Shown here in pieces: positions 25,443 through 38,966 of a DNA stretch of 64,000 nt. The notes beneath the pieces were generated by a model that was not told the origin of the DNA, searched no databases, and saw nothing but the letters and a program-made list of their open reading frames with translations. Positions within the stretch are counted from its first letter, which is position 1; each line of letters begins with the position of its first letter. The position numbers and the translations under genes are program-made. The DNA comes from Schmidtea polychroa (taxonomy: Eukaryota): the NCBI GenBank assembly GCA_044892525.1, contig CM097885.1, positions 41,666,001 to 41,730,000 of the forward strand, read 5' to 3'.

Positions 25443-26525
25443 TTAAAAATCAGCAAATAATTCCTTCGATGATAAACATTCCTCTGATTCCAATTCCAAT
25501 TGGGAAATATTTGAATCATCAAATTCAGGAACTTCTGGAATCTTGTTACTGATTATTTCTTTCGGCAATGGCTGAGATTGAGCCATTATGGAACTCCAAG
25601 ACGCAGAATTATCCGTCAAGAACCATTTATGATTTTTAACGTCATGTCCTTTGTTTTGTAAATTTCCCAGTCGTTTTGAGGTATCTGGTTCCAATAAGTG
25701 TCTTATTAATGACTTGGCCTCTGAAGTAAAATAAGGAGGAAATTTGTATTTATTTATTGATATTTTTTCATATATATTTCTGATTTTCTGTGACTGAAAT
25801 GGTGTGAATCCGCCAAGTAATTCATAAATCAGCACGCCGATCCCCCACCAATCAACTGCGGTTCCGTATCCTCTATTCAATATCGTTTCTGGAGCTAAAT
25901 ATTCCGGGGTTCCACAAAGTGTATACGTGCGGTTGTCTAACAGTAATTTAGCAAATCCAAAGTCAGCCAATTTTAAATATCCATTTGCTCCAATGAGGAT
26001 ATTTTCTGGTTTGATATCCCGATAGATTATGTCCAATTGATGAAGATAGTCAATTGCTAATATTATTTGCATTGAATAGAATTTTCCCGTTTCTTCACTG
26101 AAATAAAGTCTTGACCGTAGAAATCTGTACAGTTCCCTTCCTGGCATATATTCAAGAGCTAAATATAAGTTTGTTTCATCTTGAAAATGATGGTGCAATT
26201 TTATTATAAATACCGACCGAACACTATTTAATATTCTCTTTTCTGATTTCACATGATCTACTTGTTGTTCTTTAATCACTCGAAACTTTTTCAGAACTTT
26301 CATTGCAAATAAGTTGCTTTTTGTAGCCTTATCAACGGAAAAATAGACCGAAGCGAAAGCTCCTTTGCCTAGCTTATGATATAAAATAAAATCTTGAATT
26401 CCAAGGGAGCTCGGAATAGGAATGGTATAATAAAGGTTGATGAAATCGCTCTTAGCATCGGCAAGAATATTTAGGTTATGAGACATCAGTTTCAATTCGG
26501 AAGGCAATTCAGATTTTGCAGCCAT
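25443..26525 (-). CDS. cAMP-dependent protein kinase catalytic subunit-like, intronless, 360 aa
   Basis: LGKGAFASV, AMK, YRDIKPEN, DFGFAK, RTYTLCGTPEYLAPE, AVDWW and C-terminal FADF hydrophobic motif. Confidence 0.95.
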   Translation of the reverse strand: MAAKSELPSELKLMSHNLNILADAKSDFINLYYTIPIPSSLGIQDFILYHKLGKGAFASVYFSVDKATKSNLFAMKVLKKFRVIKEQQVDHVKSEKRILNSVRSVFIIKLHHHFQDETNLYLALEYMPGRELYRFLRSRLYFSEETGKFYSMQIILAIDYLHQLDIIYRDIKPENILIGANGYLKLADFGFAKLLLDNRTYTLCGTPEYLAPETILNRGYGTAVDWWGIGVLIYELLGGFTPFQSQKIRNIYEKISINKYKFPPYFTSEAKSLIRHLLEPDTSKRLGNLQNKGHDVKNHKWFLTDNSASWSSIMAQSQPLPKEIISNKIPEVPEFDDSNISQLELESEECLSSKELFADF

Positions 26526-26923
26526 ATAAATAAATTGATATAAAATTTAACTAAATTCCACTTATAAGTATAAATTGAGTGGTTTGTCTTTTCAAATATT
26601 GGACTTCAACATTATTGATTTTTTAATCAGTGCAAAATTGTGCAAAATGGTGCTATTATTTTGTGATAATCTATAATATTTCTAAAAATATTAAAATGAT
26701 CTAATTAGACATTTCTGATTAATTAGTTTTTAAATTTTATTAACTTTTTATTAGCATTATATTGCTATAAATTGACATTTTGAAATATTTAATTTTTAAA
26801 ATTAAAAATATCTTTAATTATTTTACTTAAATTACTCAATTACATAACTATATTGAAAAATAGATTTAAAAAAAGATAATTAAATATAAAAAATTGAATA
26901 AAAAAATCATGTTTTTTTCTTTA

Positions 26924-27091
<168 letters not shown>

Positions 27092-27439
27092 GCTCTTTAA
27101 ATTTAATATTTAATTGCTAATTTCAAAAATAGCATAATAGAGTTAATAGAATTAATATTAAAGCAAGCAAAAATAAAAAAAAATTATCAGTTTAAAATTA
27201 ATATTTGTTTTTATTATTGTTGATTTTTTTAAAAATTATAATTTAAATATTACCAATATAAATTTACAAATCATAAGGTGTAAATTATGGCCTCAGAGTT
27301 ATGAGAATTGTGCATAATGTAGGTTACTCATTTCATTTAAAATTCATATTTTGTACATAAATAATTATATAATTATTTTTTTAATTTTGTACTTCATTAA
27401 TCTGATATAATTTCTCAAAGTTTGTGTGGGTCTCTTCCG

Positions 27440-30120
27440 ATGCACGACTGCAATTTACAACTAAATTTCTCCAAATTTAGCAAGTATACTTATAATACAA
27501 AACCTGAATCAACTGAAAAAAAATTCTTATAAAAATAAATAATTCCCAATAAGGTATAAATTAGGTTTGTGGCTACCGTAACCAATGACCATTAACAAAT
27601 AAGCATATGGTAATGTGTGTAATTAAACGTGTAATGTGTACCAAATATTTATGTCGTGATCGTTACAAAATAGAAGTTAATTGGACAAAATCAATTGAAA
27701 TTGCATGTGATTCTGCTGTCAATTCGAAGTAATCTTTAAATGCCAGGTTCTGCATATATCCATTAAAAAATCAAAAATTCCAGTTTTTCAAGTTAACCAA
27801 AATATTTTTGGGTTGTTGACTATAACGTTCTGGATTTTTTTGAATAGTTGGTTTTGGGAGCGAGAACTGTTAAACGACCCATTTTCGTTTCTGAATTTTA
27901 TTAAATTTCGAATTAAAGTGGAAACTTTCAATGGTCCACGCTCAAAAGAATCTTAACATAGATCGGACTAGAATCTAAACTCAAAAATAAATTTTGGGAA
28001 ATACATGATTTTTGATTCCCTAGCAAAGCTGGGTTAAATTAAAATGTCTTATAAATTCGATTTATATTTTATTTTTTTTATTTATCTCAAATATTTCAGT
28101 CTAAATGTAGCACACCGAGTAAAACTATCAAATCAGAAATAGAGCCCCAGTCAGATTTGGAAATTCACAAAACTCTGAAATGGAGACTCGACTTCAAACT
28201 TCCACAAAATCATTACGAAAATTCATACTTTTCTGCAATATCTTCCCATGAATCTTACTGGGCAGATGAGGATTTGAGTTTTTTTATTCTCTCCCAGATC
28301 CACAAAGATCCTATATTTGAAGAAGAATACATATAATGATTATCACTAGGTCTTCTTTATAATAAATTCAAAAAGTTTATTTAATTTCTAAATATTTTTG
28401 AAATCGTTTCCTCATAAAATACATATTTTATTTATTTTTCTTTTCTAAATAATTATTTTTATTGGTAATAAACTTTGAGTAGCACTTGTGGAATTTAGGA
28501 GGACAATTTCGTTTTTGTTTCTCTAACAAAAAAATTCGTTTACAGTATTTCATTATTCTTAATAATACATCGATCAAAGAAACAAATTTATTTTGAACGT
28601 CTAGAGACTCTACAGTGATTTTAGTACTTTTGAAATTTAGACTTATCCAAAAGACAAAAAGTATCCTCGACAAATTAATGTCAATAATTTATTTTACAAG
28701 ATTGGAATGATATTGAGGAAAAGGTTTGGAATTCCTCTTAGCCAGAAGTGACCAACTTTTTGTATACAATACACCGATTTTTTCACAGACAATTTCAGAT
28801 GCGCCATTCATGCACCTTTTTACCTTCTTACGTTCACATTTTGGGTTGTAAAATAGATATAGGAGTAGAATCTGATTCTCTTATGGAAAGGAATAACTCA
28901 ATCACGGAATTCAATTAATTAATGTACGTCATTTCAAAAGACACTCGTTTATTAGAGGACCGATATACAATTGTCAGAAATAATCACATGGACTAAAGGG
29001 TGATCGCTGTTGTGGACTCAACTGATGTTACACCTGCCTGCGGTCCTCATTTGGTGAAGATAACTCTTAATTACAGTTGTAAGATGTAGACTGATAAACA
29101 TAATTTTCATTTTAAAATTATTAAATTATTTTATATAAAACGGCATTTATTACAGCAATTAAACATTTCTTACCTTTATTGAAACGTTTGATCCTGTTTG
29201 GATTTTGCTAGTTTTTTAATTTTTGTGTCAAATTTGTAGTTGAAAACAGCAGATAATTCTTCAAAATTGTTGGATTATTGGGTTGGTGACACGTTTGTAA
29301 ATTCAAACTTTTACTCTGACTCCAAAGCGTGTTTATTAATTCACAAATTAACAATCTCGAACACAATAATCTTTATTAATATTCACCCTAGATCGCACAG
29401 AATTCCAATTACAACCAATTAACTCTAATCCAATTAATCACACGGAGCTTATTGCGACACTACGTGAAGAATAGCCCTTTCTGTAACCACAACAATAATC
29501 ACTTGCCCTCAACCACTCAATTGCAGAGTACGTTGATCTATTGTTCTATTTGCATTGAACACAAATTTATTTACTCCACTTCCACTTTGTATTCAATTTT
29601 ACAAATGATTCTCGTCACTTCTCGTTTCACTCTGTATTGAACTCTGTTTAATTCTCCCTTTAATTGCTCCTTTTAATTCTCCCTCTGATTCTCCTTTTTA
29701 ACTCTCTAAATTTAACTCTCCTTTTAACTCTCGTTGTCTCGAGTTTTGTTTCTAAATTTGTCTTACTTTTCCTCTCTAATTTTGCCTTATTCTAACTTCT
29801 GTGTCTTCCCTTTTATAGCTTGCCCCATTTGCGGTACTTGAGATAATTTTGTTTTCCATTTTCTTTTTTCCTCTGTATTCCCCGCTACTCCAGCCTTATC
29901 TCTGACAGATGTCGAGATATGTCTTGTTTTCCTTTTTTCGTGTTGTGCCGACTTTTCCTGCCATTTCGCTATCTTTGACAAATTGTCAAGATACGGCTTT
30001 CCCCATATTTTTGTTTTTCTGCAATTTGAAATTCCACCTTCGTTTAATTTTCATATAATCTAATATTCCATTTTATTAGAAATTACTTAATGTCAGTGTA
30101 ATTTTTTATTATTTACCTCA
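27440..30120 (-). mobile_element. Decayed Gypsy-like element: LTR about 29268-30120 plus degenerate internal region
   Basis: TGTTGG end at 29268 and the ctctgactcc..gtgt motif shared with the other LTRs. The region to the left has no clean ORF, so its assignment and boundaries are approximate. Confidence 0.45.
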
Positions 30121-30202
<82 letters not shown>

Positions 30203-30450
30203 ATATTATATTATATTATTAATAACAAATTGACTTATGCTTTAAAAATAATTTTACAAAGATGAAAAATATTTTTATCATGATTTAAAGTATAGTTTAA
30301 AAGTTATTCACGTGTTGTAAATGTATTTAAAAAGAAGCGTTTTGTGAACTATTTGAAATGTTTATAAAAACACAAATACATTTAAATATCAAATGTAAAA
30401 AATGTCAATTACCATTATTAATAAATGAATGGTTTTTGTAATATGTTTAT

Positions 30451-33400
30451 TAGGGTGGGTCGAAAATTTTTTTTTTCTCCAAACATGCCTAAAAAGTTGT
30501 GCTTATGCTAGAAAATGAAATATCCCTGCAAAAGACTGCTGTTTAAAAGGGTTTACAGGTCCCAACTTTTGTTTGTATGTATTAGTACTATCCCAGTAAA
30601 AATGCTCGCACACTTGCCATTGTAAATTCATCCTGCAAGCAGTTACACGCTTGCAGAAAGACCATTTTTGACATGCTCTATTCACAAGTCCAAGCTAACG
30701 CGTGCATGTCTAGAGAGGTTAATTCACGGAAGCACCTTCACACAAGCACTCACAAAGACAATTTCTTCTGAACAATACTAACACACACACTACAGTCAAC
30801 ACATAATCCACATGGATACTACTAGTCAGTCTAAACTCAGATAATTTAATTTGTTTCGATTGGATGTCAAGTGTTTGCTGGACCTAATTAAAAAAGTTAA
30901 CTTGATGATTCACTTTTATTTTGCCAGAGCTGAGTACAGAAGAGCAGTTATGAAGGGACAGAGAAATAAGCAATTTCGCAAAACAAGAAGTAAATCACGT
31001 CATTGTCTGTTTGGTCAAACTTGTGAACTACCCAGAAACCAATTACCTACTTGTGAAGATGTGTTTCGTGATTACTGTTACAATGAGAAATGTACGCAAT
31101 TTCATACTGGCTTTAACGAACAAGCAACTCTTCTCGCAAATAAGGTGAAGGAAATTTATATGAAGGCAAGTATCCCAACTGTTGAGTTCAGTAGTATTGT
31201 GGTTCGTGTCAAGCGACTAATATCAAAAGTGCGTGAATTAGAGAAGTATCCAGAATGCAAGAGGTCATCTGCCAAATTTCAAGATAAGTTAAGCTCGTTT
31301 TCCAAATTGTTTGACATATGTTGCTGCAAATGTTTTAATGATGGTGCTCGTGGAAGAAGTCAGTGTACATGCCGATTGGCCTTGAAAATTCCTACCTTAG
31401 AGTGGGAGTTCTGGATTGACCAACAAACTACCAGAAACATGAAAATCGGAAATACGGACAGACAGGAAACCTCAAAATTGAAGAGAAAACAAACGAAAAG
31501 CAGCCCTACAGGAAAACGAAAACAAATGAAAAATGAAATAATGGACACTGAAGTTAACGATCTACATCCGACCTCAAGAAGTGACACGGAGAGTGAAGCC
31601 GCTAATGATGAAAGTAAAGATAAGTTAGACAATTCAACAGAAAGCTCAGAGTCAAGCGTAGAAGAATGTGATGAATTTCAAAATAGAAGACATTATCCTG
31701 AATTAAGTAAAGCTGTTGACAGATGTGGTGTGAGCAACAGAGACACGTGTTTGCTAGTAAACGCTTTTCTGAAAGATATGGAACTGTTATCCTCTCAAAC
31801 AATCATCGATCCCGCAAAATTACGGCGTCAGAGAAAATACTGGAGGGAGAGAGAAATTGAACAGCATTCAGCAGAAGCGAAAAACTTGATTTGCCTCGGT
31901 TTCGACGGGAAACAAGATTCCACCTTACTTCATAGAAGGATCCTAAAAGAGGAGCATTATGTGATTGTCGCCTTTCCAGGGGATACATATATCGATCATG
32001 TTGTACCTCAAACTAGTAAAGCTGTGGATATTGGCAAAGAAATCATGTCAATCATCGTTAGCGCGCAGTCCTCACTGACCCTTCAAGCAATTGTGTGCGA
32101 TGGAAACAATACAAACACCGGAAAAAATAATGGAATAATCAGAAGACTCGAAAAAAGCCTAGGGCGACCTCTACAATGGCTGATATGCTTGTTGCATGCA
32201 AATGAATTGCCATTCAGGAAGTATTTTTCAGTCGTCGATGGTGGAGAAACAAAAGGTCCAAAAACGTCATGTGGTGAAATAGGAAGCGTTCTTGATTTTG
32301 ATCCAAAAGACAAGCCCGTAGTAGCCTTTATGTCCCTTCCTGGAAAGGTCGTAGATATTAGTGAAAATGTCAAGAAAGAATTGAACACTGATCAATTGTA
32401 TTTCCTCAGAGTATGCTTGGCAGTCCAGAAATGTTACCACAACAACAAGGATGTCCCTTTTCTACAAATGGCACAACCAGGAAATTTGAATCACAGTCGC
32501 TGGCTAACGAAAGCTAATAGAATTCTGCGACTATATATGTCCGAAACTGCTCCATCTGAACCTCTCATGCGAATAGTGAAATTTATTGTCAATTTCTATG
32601 GACCGTCATGGTTTTATATAAAGACTCACTCGTCATGCCAAGATGGTGCAAGAAATATTTTTTATATGCTCCAACTTCTGCAGGATTTGGATCCATCAGA
32701 CCAAGAAATCATCTTTCCTGTCATTCAGAACAACAATTACTTCTCACATCCAGAAAATATACTCCTAGCTGCTGTTGGTGATGATGATGAAGAAATCAGA
32801 AAGTTTGCAACAGAAAAAATCATAACTGCAAGACAAAATTTTCTCCCTTCCGAAGTGATTCGCACTATGGACAAGAATACTGTCTTTCTTCAGTCGTCTG
32901 CTACATCATATGTTGACATGATTGACTGGACAAAATGTAATTTGACGCCTCCCCCTCTTTTATCTCATATATTGGATCATGAATTGAAGATGAATAAGAA
33001 AATTACATTAGAACAATTTCCCTGTCATTCTCAAGCCGTTGAAAGAGCCATCAAAGATGTTTCTTCTGCCAGTTGCAAAGTGTTTGGTCACAAGTCCAGA
33101 CATGGTATGGTACTACTGTGTAAAAAATCAAGGAAGGAATGGCCCAAGGTGCAAAGCAAAGCTGATTTCATGTGACTTCTTTTTATGCCCTCGCTAATAC
33201 ATTTCTAAACTTTTGGCTGGATGTTTTTAATAAAAAATAATTTCGAAAGTTGATTTTTGTCTTTGAAAAGGATAATTCAAATTTGGCCCTTCCTAATCAC
33301 TGACGTTGTCAGGATATATTTCAATGCGGGATGAGGACACAGAATATACTATCTCAGCCCAAGAGAGTAAATAATATACTTATAAGCTCTTAAGAAAGCT

Positions 33401-33622
33401 ACATCTAAATATGGACAAAGGCGCAAAACACATTCCGACACTAGCCAAATTACATTGTTTTCACACTTATGTTGAACTGCATTTTCGGAGAAAAGTTGGG
33501 AGCAGTAAATGTCCATAAATCTAAGTAAAATGGTTTGATTCGATTTTTCTATACCAAAATACAACTTTTTAACCATGTTTCCTTTCTTGAACTCAAAATT
33601 TATTAACATTCGACCCACCCTA
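30451..33622 (+). mobile_element. Complete hAT-superfamily (hATm-type) DNA transposon
   Basis: Perfect 14-bp TIR TAGGGTGGGTCGAA and perfect 8-bp TSD ATGTTTAT (30443-30450, 33623-33630) enclosing an uninterrupted transposase ORF. Confidence 0.92.
30950..33175 (+). CDS. hATm-type DDE transposase (likely start ATG 30950; frame open from 30851)
   Basis: GFDGKQD, CDGNNTNTG, WLICLLHANELPFR (CxxH), SRWLT and FPCHSQAVERAIK motifs. Confidence 0.9.
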   Translation: MKGQRNKQFRKTRSKSRHCLFGQTCELPRNQLPTCEDVFRDYCYNEKCTQFHTGFNEQATLLANKVKEIYMKASIPTVEFSSIVVRVKRLISKVRELEKYPECKRSSAKFQDKLSSFSKLFDICCCKCFNDGARGRSQCTCRLALKIPTLEWEFWIDQQTTRNMKIGNTDRQETSKLKRKQTKSSPTGKRKQMKNEIMDTEVNDLHPTSRSDTESEAANDESKDKLDNSTESSESSVEECDEFQNRRHYPELSKAVDRCGVSNRDTCLLVNAFLKDMELLSSQTIIDPAKLRRQRKYWREREIEQHSAEAKNLICLGFDGKQDSTLLHRRILKEEHYVIVAFPGDTYIDHVVPQTSKAVDIGKEIMSIIVSAQSSLTLQAIVCDGNNTNTGKNNGIIRRLEKSLGRPLQWLICLLHANELPFRKYFSVVDGGETKGPKTSCGEIGSVLDFDPKDKPVVAFMSLPGKVVDISENVKKELNTDQLYFLRVCLAVQKCYHNNKDVPFLQMAQPGNLNHSRWLTKANRILRLYMSETAPSEPLMRIVKFIVNFYGPSWFYIKTHSSCQDGARNIFYMLQLLQDLDPSDQEIIFPVIQNNNYFSHPENILLAAVGDDDEEIRKFATEKIITARQNFLPSEVIRTMDKNTVFLQSSATSYVDMIDWTKCNLTPPPLLSHILDHELKMNKKITLEQFPCHSQAVERAIKDVSSASCKVFGHKSRHGMVLLCKKSRKEWPKVQSKADFM

Positions 33623-33786
33623 ATGTTTATAATCCCATTATCAGATTTAATTTACTGTTATTTATATTAATGTACCCTTAATTGGTATTATAAAATATTA
33701 ATGAAATGAAACGCATAAATCCTATAATGCCACCATTAATAGCGGTTGAAATAATATCAGGAATAAATCAGGAAGGCTGAGCTCAA

Positions 33787-34026
<240 letters not shown>

Positions 34027-34504
34027 TATTTATTTATTTTTTATTAATATTGTTATTAACATTAGTTATTTATATTTTTAATTTTAAATTCGGTTAACAT
34101 ATACTAGAACTTAGAATTTTAATTGAATTATATTCATTTTTACTTCGTTATTTGAATTTTATTTTTGAAAGTTTGTTTATTAATAATGAATGAGAATATT
34201 TTTATCAGATGATTTTAGTTTTCGTTTTAAAATATTTAAAGAAATGTGTTTTCACAAATTTATATTTTTAAATTCTGAATTTTCAGTTTATAAATTTTAT
34301 TTATAATGAATATCAGATATTAGAAAATTGACACTATTCAAAATCTGTGATATGAAATGCGACAATGGCGCAAACCGTCAGATTTTCCAACAAAATGCAG
34401 AATGAATTGTCAATCTTTCATAACTTATTAAATTACTATGCATTTTAAATATTAAAATAAATTAAATAGATAGATTTTTTTTTACAAAATATTTATAAAA
34501 AAAC

Positions 34505-35047
34505 GGCTCTACAACAAAAGGCCGAAAGCCAAAAGGCTGACAGAGACAAAAGGCCAATGAGGACAAATAGCTACAGACAAATGGCCGACAAAGCAATTTT
34601 ATAATTTTATATGATAAATAAACAATTAAAATATCATCATTTATTTAAAGAAAAAGATGCAGAAAAATATTTCTACAATAAAAATTTAAAAACTTAAATT
34701 ATACGCTATTCCACGTAAAAATATTATGTAGAATATTCGAGCAAGATTTTTTCCAATCAATATTTGCCATCTTCTGCGCACTTTGTTTTGAGTTTTTGGT
34801 ATGCCGTTTATTTCATTGTCATATACAGACCAAATTTATAATAATTTATAATAATAAATAAGTATTATTGAAACAATTTAAAATTATGTTTATTCTTTAC
34901 AATAAAAACTTTTAAATTATAATAAATTATAATTTTAAATTATAATAATAATTATAATGAATTAAATTATCTTTTTTTTGCTTTTGTTCATGTCGGAATT
35001 TTGTCTCTTTCGGCCTTTTGTACACGTCGGCCTTTTGTCCCAATCCC
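34505..35047. mobile_element. MULE-like non-autonomous element with subterminal repeats
   Basis: Several CAAAAGGCCGA-like units at the left are mirrored by TCGGCCTTTTG units at the right. No clean TSD. Confidence 0.55.
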
Positions 35048-35327
35048 ATATAAAATGGCAATCATAAAACCAAATAATTCAATATATAAACTGTTTTCTC
35101 TTATTATTTTTTCAGGATAAAATCGGATCTCAAAATATATATTTTAACATACAATTTTTAAAGGCACTTCAATAGATAGATGTGTCCCCTTCAGAACAGT
35201 ACCCCTTCCTCCCTGCTGAGTAAAAACATTAGACTAAAAATATTTTTTGCTTAATATTTTTATGTAGATCAATTGAATTTCAATGATTTTCATGTAATTT
35301 TTCTAAGTATTACCCAGTATTTATTAA

Positions 35328-35429
<102 letters not shown>

Positions 35430-36664
35430 AATACACACATACATTCTATGTAGTTTATTTAATAAATAAATAGGTCACAGACACACATCCTCGTAAAACT
35501 TGTGCTATCTCCAGGACAGTATTTATAAGATTCTCCTTTCCATGAGTAGAATAAAAACAAAGAGGAGCAATGTAAATTATAATTTAAAATATTTTTAGAA
35601 ATTTGGTTCATGATGATAGATTACGGGAAATAAATAAAAATGTAGAATAAAAATCGATAAATGTATACAATAATTGGGATTAATAAATTTAAAGTTAAAT
35701 ATTTTTAGGTCTTTAAAAATTGATAAAAATGATTGTTCAAAGTTACGAAATGGGGAGAAATTTTCGACATGACATAAAAAAATTCTCCTCAAAATGACAA
35801 GTGAACGAAATCGTTTTAGTAAGCATTTAAAAATATGTATTTAAATGAAAATTTAATAAATCTTACACTTTTAATAAATTTTAAATCCCACGAATTTCAT
35901 AATAAATACCAGTTTTATTTCTTTAAAAATATTCTTTACAGTAAAAAATAATATGTCCCTTTCTCACATAATTTATAACAGCTCGTGTAAGCAACTTTAC
36001 AGTTTATTGGTGGCTGTGAAGGGTTTGATACACCAGCTGTAATAAATTATACCATTCAAGGACGCATTTAGAGGCATTGTTCAAAGTTGTTCAATTATTG
36101 AAATAAAACCAATAATAGGAACGCGGGTAATTGTTTTTGATGCAAACATTTTACAATATGTTTGATGTTTCTAACATTAATCTCGTACAAAGATTCTGAA
36201 GTTGCGAAACAATACAGAATCAAATATCAAACTTCTCAAAACCTGTGCAGAAATTGGTTAAAATTGATGACCTCATTCATCTTAGACAAATCGTATTAAT
36301 ATAACTATAATCTTTATATATTTCCAGTATTTCATTATGCTAAAATTACGTTACAAAGTGAATAATCTCACTGAACAACTAATTGAAATGCAAATTTTGA
36401 TAAAATTTTGCCTACTGTGCATGTTTGTTAATATTGCACGGTGCAATTTTGAGTCTCTTGACCCTTATCATTCGTGACTTTTACCCAACTCAACGTTTAT
36501 GAATTTACCAAAATTGGTTCAGCAGTTAATCACTGAAATCTCGTTGATAAGTTCAAGTAATTACTTCTAAAATAAGTTCAAAAACAATTATAATAATATA
36601 ATAATAATTTTCAAGATAATGATTATAATAGTTTTATTATTATTATTAATATTATTATTATTAA

Positions 36665-36752
<88 letters not shown>

Positions 36753-37792
36753 ATTATTATTATACCATATTTTTATTGAAGTTTTTTGTTAATTATAATA
36801 TAATTTTTAATATAATTTTTAATATCATTCGTTTTTTGCAAAAAAAAAGTGAATTCGTAGAATTTTCAGAAAAATATGTTGACGTTATCAAACTCATTAG
36901 GTCATCACATGTTTCTGGTCATGCAAGAAATATGAATTACGTTTGTAAATATTTCTTTTTAATATCAAAAATTGCATTATTATATAATTGGAAAAATTTC
37001 TTTTTATTAGATATAACATTCCATAGCTAATTTTAAATAATTATTCTGTGATTTTTAAACAGAAAATAAAATTGCGTTCCCACTGATTAGAAAAAAAGAT
37101 TTCAAACATTTGGATCAAGGAAAATTCTTTTCATTGTGCAGAATGCTTTCTATTTTCGATAATTTTATTAAAACCTCGAATTTTTCCTCTTTAAATTCGT
37201 ATTGACAGTTCAACATGAACTATTTGATTTGCTGTAATTTTGATTTCACTTTCAAATATTTCATTTATTGTTACATATAAAGGCTCTTCAACAGCTTTTG
37301 CAACTTTTATATTCAATCCCAAAGAAGATATCATGTCAACAAAATAGCAAGTTCTGAGTTATACGGTTATATTCATTAATTTGCATTTTATATTAAGACA
37401 TGTGGAATATCTGCTTCGAGAGGAGCATCAATTGTCCTGGCAATTATTTATGATAAATTGCCAACCCGTGTGAAAAGAATGTTGAATTAGCCTCACAAGA
37501 AATTCTTCAAAAATATTACACTTAAATAATAACTGACTTTTTCTGACATTTTGTATTTACCTGTAAATATTTAAATATATTTAATTTTGATTCAACTTTG
37601 AGTAAAAAATCTTTTACTTTATGAAGGTTAATAGTGAAGGTTATGACAGGAATAATGAGTGAATTTGTAAATTGTTGATAGTGTTTGAAATTAAATCGTA
37701 AATAATTAATTCCTATATTATTATAATTTTTCTTATTACAGATAGAATCCAATTTGATTCGTTTTTTAAGAACAATATCATATTGTGATATA

Positions 37793-37873
<81 letters not shown>

Positions 37874-37877
<4 letters not shown>

Positions 37878-38903
37878 GGGTTTTTGGTTAATTTAAGTCG
37901 GATACCTCTGACTCCTCGTGTCCTTTAAATCAAACAATAACGACCCAACATATATTGAAATAACAAAATTCACAATCTTTTCTCACCACTTTACAATCAA
38001 TAATCAAAGTTACTCTTGACCGATTCTCCGCTCGGCGTTGATGCTTTCTAAATGGATAATATTCACCTTTTATTTCTTTAGATTCTCTTGACCCACGTTT
38101 TCCTCTTTTTCTGTTTGATTTGATTCTTTTTCACCTTTTCATATTCCTATTCTATATCTTCTTTTCCCTAATCTCCTTAATTCGTTTTTACATATTCCTA
38201 ACTCGGTTTCTTCTAACCCTAGCTGAGGCAAAATGCCGATTTGCTCTGATTTTCCCCTTCCTTATATACTCTTCGAAATCAGGATGACAAATGGTTATTG
38301 CCGAGCCAATCTTTCACTTGACATTTGCTTCCACGTATTTGCTTCGGCTGTCACCCATAATGGTCCAACGAACAATGATAATTAATGGCCCGTCCGGCCT
38401 TTCTACACGCACTATCTTCTCCTTGCTTTTTTCCAATTAATCATTGTGTCAAGCTAATGGGCCCAACTCTTCCTTTTGTTTACTTTTCTTCTTGTTTACC
38501 CAGCTCGGGTTTCCTTCATCTCTCGGGTTCTCCATTGGCTCGGGTTTTCCATTAGCTTGGGTTTTCTATTAGCCAATTAATTAATTAATTAACGTTTTCT
38601 GTTTTTACACATTTGAATGCTTTTCGACCCTTCCTAACCATTTTCTGATAAATCCCTAATCATTATCTTGTTGACCATTAGCTAATCTATACCTGTCCCG
38701 TTTTCCCAATTCGATTTCGATGATTTTACAATTTATTGATTTTTCTCGGATTTCCGGATTCCTGCCTTTCGTAATTGCTTTTGGCATTTTCTAATACTGC
38801 TTTCATCACGCTTTCCTTTACTATCAATTCTGTGGATGATCACGCTTTTATTTGTCTTTTCTCTTCACTTATTAACCTAAATTTCATTTTAATTTCCAGA
38901 CCT

Positions 38904-38908
<5 letters not shown>
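37874..38908 (-). mobile_element. Gypsy-type solo LTR in (TA)n
   Basis: TGTCGGG...CCTCAACA, flanked by (TA)n on both sides, with internal 17-bp gctcgggttttccatta repeats. Homologous to 54454-55420. Confidence 0.8.

Positions 38909-38966
<58 letters not shown>

Noticed and set aside
31360..32388. Antisense ORFs in the transposase (likewise 61897-63098 in the exonuclease)
   Set aside because: Shadow frames of long coding sequences.
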